Shown one piece after another: positions 50,601 through 61,140 of a stretch of 64,000 nucleotides of DNA. The DNA comes from Raillietiella orientalis (taxonomy: Eukaryota). Every line of letters begins with the position of its first letter. Position 1 is the stretch's first letter. Where the stretch lies: assembly GCA_036172245.1 (NCBI GenBank), contig JAYWIR010000016.1, forward strand, positions 3,224,001 through 3,288,000. Direction: 5' to 3'. A model generated the notes under the pieces. That model made no database searches. It saw only the letters and a list, made by a program, of their open reading frames with translations, and was not told the DNA's origin. The position numbers and the translations under genes are program-made.

Positions 50601-51851
50601 CTCCGGCGCCCCTGCCTTTGCGGAGGGAGCGGATTGGGTCAGCAGAAAATCCAGCGGCGAGTCGGCGAACGATCGCCGGAGGGGGTGGCAGCAGAGGCGG
50701 AAGGGAGAGGCAGCGTCTCCGGCGAGGGGGGTCGAGTCTGGAATCCCTCCGTCCGGTTGTAGGGGAAGGAAACTCCCCTCGTGCACGGCCTGCGGAGTGA
50801 AGGGTGGGGGGAAGACTGACGCGTGCGTGCGCGCGCTACCGGTCCAGACCACGCGGACGAAGCCCTGCCCATGAGCGTGAGTGCGGCGAGCCCCTACGGG
50901 CGGTATCCCTGACCCTTGCCCCGCCCGCGAGGTGGCTCCAAACACGGGGTCCACCTCCGCACTCTCCCTCCTCCTCACGGGGATGAAAAAGGAAAGGGTA
51001 AGCGGCAATGCCGCTACTCCGTCCTCTCCCCCAGCATCTCTAAAGGGAACGGAGAGGTGGCTCACGGACGAGCCACCCGGCGCCGTCTGCGAAGAGGCTA
51101 AACGCGTACCTCCTACCTCAGAGGTGTGTGGAACGGGAGGGCTAACATAAGAAGGAAGGAGGAAGGAAGAGGGATCAACTCCGGGGAGACTGGGGCTGTG
51201 GGGCCTCCGCACCCCGGCATGTCCTCAAATTCCACTCCCGGACGCGGGCCTTCTTTTCCTGGACCGCACCTCTTCCCCCCCATAAGATTTTTTTCCCGCC
51301 TGATCATCTACCACGCGTGGGTGGTCGGTGATCTCCGATACGCTCCCGTTGCCTCCAGGGCAGTCGGATGTCCCGGCGACCCAGCCCCCTTCGCCATTGC
51401 CACCCGCGCGCTCCGAGGGAGACTTCGATGAGGTCTCCCCATGAGTTCGAGGTGAGCAAAGGGTTCCTTTCCGTCCCCCTGCGTGATCTTTGACCTCGTG
51501 CCGACGAACCAGTCAGCCCACTGGCGGGCATCAGGCGGAGGGTGCGTCGAGAACAGGGCGGGACGAGGTGCGATGGGGAGAGGGAGGGAAGGGGGGGGGA
51601 TAAAGGAGCGAGACGCTGGCGAGCGCGCATCAGCAGCGTCATTTCCCGCTGTCGGAAAGCGAACGTTGAAATTCCGTCTCTGGGATCAGTTGCTCCCAGG
51701 ATCCCGGTCCAGAAACGGAATCTGGACTGGCTCTCTCTGCACCTACGCCCTTCTCCCCGATCCCCTACCAGTGCTGTGCGCACAGTTTGGTCGCCTTCTG
51801 GACTCAGAGGACTCCCGGAGGTCAGCTTCCGCCTTTCCTCGTGGCCGATGT

Positions 51852-52177
51852 CCCCACTATTCCGACCCCCGCAGAAGAGAAGTCGACCCTCCTCCGACAC
51901 CTCCTCCAGGGAACCCGGGAACAACGAGAAAAAAAATATATATATATGGACGTCCGAGGAGTCGCTGCGCGGGCGAGTTGAGGCGCGGCGAAGAGTGGTC
52001 CACAGTCATGGGAGGATGTCGAAGCATCGGCAACGCCCGAGACTCCGACCCGCTCTTCCCCGGAGGCTCGAGGTCGCGCTGCACCACTTCTCCGAGAGGA
52101 GGGGAGCAAGCCGCGCGTCCCGGTTCTGACCAGGCGGGCTCTCAGAAAGACCTGCCGTCTCAGCTCCGGCTTGTCGT
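51852..52177 (+). repeat. Left arm of a ~326-bp near-perfect inverted repeat
   Basis: Reverse complement of 52990-53316. The only differences I saw are in the internal A/(TA)n tract and one substitution near the outer end. Confidence 0.95.
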
Positions 52178-52989
52178 CTGGTCCGTGGTGCCAGGAACAC
52201 CCGGGGCAGCATCGCACGACCACAGCTTCCGAGAGCGCCAGAGTGGGCCCGAGCCATCGCCATCCTCTTCGAATGCACTACGGTCGGTATGAGGGCCCAA
52301 AGATCACGGGAGGAGCAAAGATGATGATGATGACGATGTAGAGGAGAAGGAAGAAGAGGAGGAGGAAGAGGAACAGGGAGAGGTCCCCAAGTGGACTCGC
52401 CAAGCACCTGTCCACCCCCTCCTCCTTCCCCGCACTCATGCCGGCGAAGCACGGTGGGGCACCTCGGTTCGCGCGAACGGGGCAGAGGGGAGAGGGTGGT
52501 AGCAAGCAACCTGGAGGTGTGGCATCGATCAGCTACTGCTGCCGGAGGGTCAACGTATGACGGGTCAGAAAGAGGGCGCCGAGGGGGAAACGAGGCTTTC
52601 ACCAGGGCTTCCGAGGTCCCCTCGTCCGCCCTCCTCGTCGTCGCTCCACCGAAAAAAGCCCCCGGAGGAGCGGCGAAAGGAAGGCGCCAGCTTTCCCGCG
52701 TCGGGTGCGGGAAAGTGGGGGTCTCCCGGCCGGCCGTTTCCTACCAGGAAGACGGCAGGCAGAGGGTCGTGGCCGCAGCGAGCAGCGCGGGCACCTCCGA
52801 AAGACGGCGGTAGGAGGCGGTGGGAAGGGGGGGGGAGAGGAGGTAGACTTCTTGCCCAGAGCGTCCGGTCGAGACTCAAGCAGTTCTTCCGAACCCGAGG
52901 GTCGAGGGCGGGAGAGGTGCATCCGCGCACCCTCACCGAAAAAATGGGTGAAGGTCAACGTACGACGGGCCGGAAAGGGTGCAGGACAA

Positions 52990-53316
52990 ACGACAAGCCG
53001 GAGCTGAGACGGCAGGTCTTTCTGAGAGCCCGCCTGGTCAGAACCGGGACGCGCGGCTTGCTCCCCTCCTCTCGGAGAAGTGGTGCAGCGCGACCTCGAG
53101 CCTCCGGGGAAGAGCGGGTCGGAGTCTCGGGCGTTGCCGATGCTTCGACATCCTCCCATGACTGTGGACCACTCTTCGCCGCGCCTCAACTCGCCCGCGC
53201 AGCGACTCCTCGGACGTCCATATATATATATATTTTTTTCTCGTTGTTCCCGGGTTCCCTGGAGGAGGTGTCGGAGGAGGGTCGACTTCTCTTCTGCGGG
53301 GGTCGGAATGGTGGGG
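52990..53316 (-). repeat. Right arm of the ~326-bp inverted repeat (812-bp spacer)
   Basis: Identical peptides appear on opposite strands in the ORF track (e.g. MVQRDLEPPGKSGSESRALPMLRHPP at 51857-52087 - and 53080-53532 +). Confidence 0.95.
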
Positions 53317-56300
53317 CCGAGAAGAGAGGGAGAGAGGAGGAGGTGGAACCCGCGAAGGGGTCTCCGAGGTGGTCGATTACTGCAGGGGAGAACCGGAGGT
53401 CGCCTCGTGTGCGGAAGCAGCGCGCTGTATGGAGCCTCAGTTGCGTCGCCACTACCGTTTCGGCCACAAAGGCCCTCCCTCCCACGCACCGGGAGCCGCG
53501 AAAAGTGGGGAGCACGAAAACCTTCGGAATAAAGTTGGGAGCGAAGGAGTGTTCCAGAATAAGGAGGAGGGAGGGAGGAAGGGAAAAGAGGAAGATTTTT
53601 CGGGATGAGGGTGCATCCGCTAGAGAAAAAGGAGAACATAGCTTCATTCATGAAGGAAAGCAAAAGACGCGCGCCTGGCCCCCCTGCTCCGCCCCTTTGC
53701 CCACAGATTTTCCTCTTCCGGTTCCCTTCCTTTCCTGTGCTCCATCCGCCTTGAAACTTCGGGGCAGCATCCTCCCCCTCTCCCCCATTTACGTCTCCCC
53801 TCCTCCTGATTGCGTCCAAGCACTGCCTCTGCAACTCGTTATGCCCCGCACTACAGCAGGCGGCAGATGCTCGGGTAACGGCTGCTTGGTTTTCGGGTTC
53901 TGCTGAGCTTCTGCTGCCTCCTTTCTACTCCGTTCTTCAGCAAAGGGGAGAAGGGAGCGCGCGATGACCTGCTGCCAGCTCCGAGGTCAGACCTCTCCAG
54001 ATTCAAGTGCCGTCTTGCCGGGACTGGGAGGAGGGGAGGGGAGGCCATTCGCCGGGTCGCCTCACTCTACCTGGCGTGCACCCGCTATCCGCAGGATTCG
54101 AAGATCCAGATCGCCAATGCGCTCGGGAGGGAGGGTGATGGGAGCGTAGAGGACGCTGAGGTCTAGGAGGGACGGCAGCACACCCTGAGGTCGTTCTCCT
54201 GGAGAGCCGGGCGCTAGGGCCCCAGCCTTTCCCCACCGAAGAGGGGAGGTCCTCAAATCGGGGGCATCTCCCGATCGCTTCGCTTCCTTTGTCCCGCTGA
54301 AGAGCGTGCCGAGGTTGCCTGAGTCCGGGGTCAGGGTAGTAGGGGAGGTGGGCCGCGAGCCGAGAAGGTCCGAGGTCACTCCAGGGTGTCCGTCTTCCCG
54401 CTCTCTCTCTCCTCAGTCGTCGCTCCCCCTTCTCCGGCGGGAGCAAGCCAGGAGACTTACGGGAAGAGCAGCTTCCGGAGAGGGGAAGATGGTGGTGAGG
54501 ACTTCCCGCGATGGCAGACTTTGGAGGAAGAGGAGGGGGGAGAGGGAAGCGAATTCGTAGGCGACCACGGAGACGCCTCCGGGAGGGTTGGAGCCGGGGA
54601 GGGCGGGGGGTCCCGAGAGGACAAGGAGGTCAAACGGTAGCGGCGGCGATGAGGGATGAGGTCACGTGGACGGAAGTGACGTAAGGAGAGGGTGGAGTAG
54701 GGGAAGAAGAGCGGCGGCGACGTCGCCGCGTCGAAGCACAGGACCGAGGTCGAGTCTCTCCTTTCCCCCGGGGAAGGCCACCGCGCCTACCTCCGGAAGG
54801 ATCACCGCCAGGTGGCAGCACCCACTTCCGCACGCGCCTCTCCCCCTTCCTCTGCGCGTTCCGAACCAAGCCGAGCGAGAAGGCGGGCGGGTTCGGGCGT
54901 GCTTTGGGAGGGGCGGGGGGCCGCAGCCGGCGTTCCTTGGTGGGGCCCCCAGAAAGAGGCACGGAGGGCGCGCGTACGGCACGACGGCGGCGAGCGCGCG
55001 CGTGCCCGTCCGGATTCGAAACGTGCGCGTGCGCACGCACGAACGCACTCACGTCTCGTCGAGCGCGCGTGCTATCCCCTTGGATGCATTCCGCAGCCCT
55101 CAGCTCCTGCTACCAGCGGGGGACCCCAAGCGTGCTCGCGAGCTTCCCGCTTGCGTAGGCGAATGGTCCCCCCCCTCCCTTTCGTTCTCCCCCTCCCGAC
55201 TTCCTGCGCAGTCCGCCTGACCGCACTGCCTTTTCTGCGCGTGCACGCTCACCCAATCCCAAGGAAGGTGCGAGCCGCCCCTCCTCGCCCACCGAATGGC
55301 CCTCGGGACGGTCCGGAAGCATCCGGCCGTCGGCGCTCCCCCTTAGAGGAGACTGCCTTCTCCGAACGACGGCGCAATGTCGGACGGGGAAGTCCAGACT
55401 CGTTTTTGGGAGAGAGAGGGCGGGAGAGCGCGGCAGGGAGAGGACCGCCTTACGGAAAGTCCTGCAGGACCCGCGGCATAGGAAGGAGTGCGCGACGTCG
55501 GAGGCACCCGGATCGCCGGAGGGGTGGCGGGGGACGCGTGGCTTCGGTCGCTCTCGGAACCTCCCTGCGAGGGGGAGAGGAGGAGAAGGAAGTGTGGGGA
55601 GGGGGGGAGCAATGGCGCATCATCTCACCAGCCGTCCGAGGGCGCAAGCGAGGACCCCTGCTGCGCGCGCGCACGTGTCTCTCTCGCTTCCGCGACTCCT
55701 GCGGCCCGACCCGGCGAGGATGTTCCTGGGCAGGGAGAGGAAAGTGGGCAGCCGAGCGAGGAGGAGGAAGGGAGGGGGACCTGGGGTTCTGGCGTGTCCC
55801 TGGCGTCACGGGTCGAAGGAGCCGTTCCCGAAGGTCGCTCTCGCCCGTGTGGCAGAGTCGGTCCCTGTTGCCCGGGGACAGAGCCGACTTCGAAAGTGAG
55901 TCCCAAAAGATAAGGGAGGACGCGCGCGCTATTCCCCGGGAACCAGGAAGGTAGCTGGGAGGAGCGCACAAGGGAGCGCCTGTAAGAAGAGCCCGGGATG
56001 TGTTCTCCTCACGAGAGGTCGCTTCCGGAGACGACGTGGTCAGCATGTCGACCGCAGAGAGGCAGCTGCGGCAACGGACGGCTTAAAGGGAGCGAAGCAA
56101 GAAGTCTGGGAGGGAACGATGGGATGGCGAGTGGGATTCAAGAGAAGGGAGAGTAGGGGCGTGGCTGGATTTTCCGCCCGGAAGTGGAAAGAGAATCGCA
56201 AGCAGCTGGGAACAGGGGACGCATAAGGAGGAAGAAAAGGGAGCAGGAGTAGGAAGCAGTGCTCTCCCTCTTTCCTTCTCTCGAGGTCAGTCTCGAGGGA

Positions 56301-59300
56301 GAGAAGGAGAGTCGAAGACTTTGGTACCGCTTCTGGGCCTCCCTCACTCTGGAAAGGGCACGGAAGGTGCTCGCCCCCGTTCCCTTCCTTTCCTCTCCTT
56401 TTCTTCCCTCTCACGAGGTGAAGGGGAGCTGCGTCCTTCAGTCTCCCGGCCGTGGGACGAGGAGAAACCGAGAGAGAAGTCGGCGCAGATCCCTCCCGGT
56501 CCTTCCCCCTCCCCTTCCTCCTGGGAGTAATCGGAGGGTTCGGTCCGCTGGGGAGGACGCCTGGATTCATTTCCGGGTTTGCTCGAGCGTCCTGGACAAT
56601 GGTTTCCCTTCCTCCGACCCCCTCTCCCTGAGGAAGAAGAGAGACCCTCGGGGCGTAACCGAAGGCAGGGAGGGTCTCCCTGAGCAAAGGTCACTCGAGA
56701 AGGCGGAGGGGAGATACCTTGCGGAAGGGGCACCCGCAGCGGAGCAGCACCGTCCCCTCCCTCAGTTTCTCCCACGTGCTCGAGAGGAGGAGGCGACCGG
56801 AGAGACGGAGGCGAGCATCGCTTCCGCTCCCGGAAGCACGCCGTCGATGATCGCCTGAGGAATGGTCCAGAGAGCAGCAGCAGCACTTTCCATCTCTCCT
56901 CCTCTCCGGGGAGGGAGGGGGGATGTAGGGAGAGAGAGACGACCGCTGCTTCTCTCAAGGCTGGCGTGCACTCTGCGAACGCAGTCGCCTCCGTCGCAGT
57001 TGCCGAGAGAATTCTTCTGAAGGAGGAGGAGAAAGAGGAGGGGCGCCGCCGTTCTCTCTCTCTCTCGCACGAGCGCCGCCGCCGTCCCCGCTTCATCACC
57101 ATCCCCTTTCTTTTTCTCACACGCGGGAAACCCGGGAGCGAGCAAGCGCGCGCCGCCGCCGCAACTCCTTACCGCCCCCTCTCCCTCCGCACCCGTCCCC
57201 GAGGCCCGGGAAAAGGAAGGAGTAGAAAAAGGAGGCATGGTCGAGAGAACTGCAGGGACTCCTCCCGTCCCCTCCTCGCTCATGCGGAAGGGAGGGGGCA
57301 TGGTCTCCCGTATCTTTGCCTCTAGAAGCATCTGCGGGCCGAGTGGCCGATGCCGCGTGCGGTTACCCCCCTCTCCCTTTCCCCACCTCATCCTTTCGTG
57401 ACGTCACTCCCAGGTCTAGACGGGAGGTCGCCTCGCATGTTCGCTCTCTCGCGCGCGGGCGAGAGCTCCGGTGCAAGTGAAAGTGAATCTCCGGATTCGG
57501 CCCTCCCGCCCGCCCGCCCGCCCGCTCGCTTGCTCGCTCGCTCGCGCGCGCGGCGCGCCGCGGGAGGAGGAAAGCTGATCGCTGCCGCAGGTGGACCGCC
57601 ATTCGTCTTGGCGCCCACCACGAGCACCGCACGCAGCGCGCGGGGCCAGCCGCTGAGGATCAGCAAGGCGACGGAGACGCCGACGACTGCCAGGACGAAG
57701 GAGACGCCGACGACGCAGAAGACGACGGGATGGTCCTCACGGCCGGCAGCCTCCGCTGAGACGCCTCTTTAAGGAGATCGACGGAGCGCCGCGGGCAGCA
57801 ATCGGTCGGTGCGCAACGCCGTCGCCGCCAGCTTACCCCTGCGTTCGCGCCAGGAGACGTCCCAAACGCAGGTAAGCGGCTCGCTCCTGGGATGCTGTGG
57901 GCTCGCGCGTCCCGCCGGCGTCGGGTGCGATAGGGGAGGAGGAGGAGGAAGACGGAAGGGGGCGCGGGCCAAAGGTGCCCGCCTCTGCGGTCCGGGCGCG
58001 AGGGAGGAAGGGAAGAAGCATCAGGGAAGGCGGGCTATTGGCAGTGCAGTGTCTTTCCGGTAGCCCGACGAGTCATACCCTGTTGCATCTAGGCCATCCC
58101 TGTTTTCGCGCACCTCTCCCCCTCCCTTCCTTCGCTCCTTAGGACCGTGCCCTCTCGAGGCGCGCGGGCGGGTCGGCGCCGGCTCGGGAAGGTCAAGTGT
58201 GCGGAAAAATCGGCCAGCCCACGGGAACGAGGACGTACGCGCCGAGCGTAGGTCGCTGCTACTATGGCGCCGACCAATCCCCTCTTGCCTCCGCTCCCTG
58301 CCCCGCTTGCCCTCGCCCTCTCTATAGTCGTCGTCTGCGAGCGCGGGAGGGAGGGAGGAGGCTGGAGACGGCTGCGGGAGAGGTGACGGCGGCACCTGCC
58401 GACCGGCTCCCGAGGCTGGCCGGGCCCGCGCCACGTGCGACATGGCCGCTGCTGTCGTGGTCTTACTCCTCGGCAGGCTGCAAGCGACGTGACCTTGAGG
58501 GCGAGAAGGAAGAGGAGAAACATCCGCAGGTGCCACGGCTGCTGCAGGTGGGGAAGTGGAAGTAGAGGCGCGCGTGTTGGGGCGGGCGGGCTGCTCGTCT
58601 CATCTCGCTCGGGGGTTTTCCTCTCTCCCTCGCCCTGCCCTTGCCGCTCCGTGCGTCGTCGCCCGTGCAGGGGAGTGGTTCCGTCTCCAGGAAGCGGATT
58701 CCGCTGTTGCTCAGCAGGTCTCTCCCGAGCGACCGTGGGAGACCGCGAGGGGGTGCGACCGCTTTTCCCTCCCTCCCCCCCCCCTCTCTATCGCGAGCGC
58801 CCCCCTCCTCCTCGTCCCTCCCCCCTCTCTCTCCTCCGGTGGGCGGAAGAAACAAGAAGCAGGTGAAATGGAGTCTTCATCGGAGAAGATCGCCTGACCT
58901 CTTTACGGAAGCCGACTCCTCCATCTCGGTTGACCCTCGCGCGGTTCCCCCTCTGGGCTGCACTCGGAACGGTGCCGTCGCCGCCGCTTCCATCCGGCTC
59001 CGCGCACGCACGGGCGAGTGTGCAGGTCCGTCGGCATCGGCGTCCCCCCGGGGTGGGAGGGTGGCAAAAGGGGGAGAAACCGGCCGGGGACTCGACGAGG
59101 CGGAAGACTTCCCACCCTACACCCGGTGGAGGGGACTCGTGGGAGGAGCCGGGAGCATGGGTAGGGGCATCGAGACAGGGGACCTCCTCCGCCCACGAAT
59201 GAGTGCGCCCAGCCAAGTAAAAGCGGCAGTGACGGCGGCCGTCCGCATTCCGACGGCGACGGACAACCGCAGTTGCTTTCGGAGGCGCTGCGGCGCCGGC

Positions 59301-61109
59301 GGCGACGCAGGACGCGTGCGTTCTCTCTTTCGTGTCGAGCTGCGGAGTCACCCGGCTGCGGCGGTCGCGGCTGCCGTGGACGAGGGGGGGTGGGTGCTTC
59401 TGGAGAAGAGGGGAGGAGGCGCCTTCCCTTCCCTGACTGGGAACCTCGCTGAAGTGAAACTCTTCCCCTTTCCCCTCCGTCCTCTCCTCCCTCCTTTCCG
59501 AGCCCTGGATGCCCGAGGGTCCCGCGAGGTCCAATGAAGGCGGCACTGGGGGAATGCCGGTCTCTCTCGGACAGGAAGCGGCCATGCCCGCGAGCCTCCC
59601 GGCTGTTGCTCACCTGCGCGGGTCGCTCAGAGACCTTTGCGCACCCCACCCTCTCCCTCGCGGCTCGGACCGGGAGGGAAAGTGACCCGGCGCACCTCCA
59701 CCGGCGAGGTCGCACCGCGAGGCCACCAGACGCCTTCGTGACTTTTACGGATTGTGAGCCCCCCCTTCACCATCCGCACCGCAAGTGGGCCGGCTCCCTT
59801 CCTCGGCACGTGCGCGCGCCTTTCTGGCAGCGGCTCTTGAATAGGGCCAGGAGAGAACGACCTGGCGGGGTCCGCGCGCGAGGTGGGCGAAGCCGGAGGC
59901 GGGGCTCTCGGTGGACTGCCCTGCTCGCCGCTCCCGGAAGAGAGGCGAAGGGAGGCTCGGGGCTACAACTGGAAAAAACGAGGAACAGCGAGGAAGAGGA
60001 GCTCGTTCAAGGAGTAGCGCCGGGGGCCCAGGGAGGGCAGCGGGAACAAGGGATGGAGAATGGAGGAGAAGGTTCCGGGATGCCTCGTTGCCCTCCCCTT
60101 CGACGCCAGGTCCGGAAAAACACGACATGAATTCCCCGGGCCCTCCGTCCACCCTGCCCGCGGCGGCGCCGGGAGCAGATGGCTGGGGAGTCCAGTCCGA
60201 ATCCAACCCTCTCTGCGCTCTCTCCGCCCCTCGTAGACTGGCGCCATCGCCGCTCCCCTGGAGGGCAGCACCGTCGCTATCACGCTCTCGGGAAATTTTC
60301 CTGGAGTCGGCCGGCGGACCACTCCGCGTCCCATCCTCGCACCGCGGACCTGCGTCGGACCCCCCGGAAGCTGCGCTGTTGCCCTCCCAAGCAATCCAGC
60401 AGCCCCTGGTGGACGCACTAGGCCCCTGACCAGCGTCCACTGCTCGAACGAGGAGGAGGAGGAGGAGGGAACGTGGTCTCCTGGGATCGGCAACGGAGAC
60501 GGCGGCAGGGCCAGAGAGAGGAGGCGAAGGACCGTTGCCGGGAAACGGAAGACTACGGCCGAGCTTCTGCCCATCCCCCGCCAGCGTCCACATCTCTCCA
60601 GGGGCTCCTTCCGCGTGCTGCCTTCCCTCCTGCTGCACCCCGAATCCGAGGGCCCGAAGGTGGGGGGGGGGGGGCAGAACGGGAGGACGACCAAGCGAAG
60701 CGGCTGTGAGTCCCTTTCCCACACACCTTCCGCTTTCCTGGGTCCGGAGCGAACGGGAGGAAGGGGGAAGATGAAACCCCTTGGCTCTTCGTCTCCCGGG
60801 CAGCAGCCGAGGTGCCTTCCCTCACAGAAAAGGAAGGATGGAAGGGAGGGGGAGGAGGAGCAAGGAACCGTTCGTCGAGCGGCCGCCGAAGGTCGTTGCA
60901 GCGACCTTCGGCGACCGCATCCCTCCTTTTTTGTTCGGACCACCTTGTTTGTCTGTCGCGTGGGCGTGAAGAAGAGCGCGCGCGCGCCCCTCTCCGTCCC
61001 TCCTAGGCCCCCTCCCTCCCCCCTCGCCCTTGAACTTATTCCCGCTACGGGGCCTTCCCGCTTTTCCTTTCTAACGGACGAAAGTTGCGCGCTGCCCCCT
61101 CCCGCGCCT

Positions 61110-61140
61110 AGGCGGCGGCGGCGGCGGCAGCGGCGGCGGG
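61110..61140 (+). repeat. (GGC)n trinucleotide tract
   Basis: ggcggcggcggcggcggcagcggcggcggg. Confidence 0.85.

Noticed and set aside
51852..53316. MITE or DNA transposon with long terminal inverted repeats
   Set aside because: No target-site duplication, no recognisable terminal motif, and the interior is retroelement-like relic.
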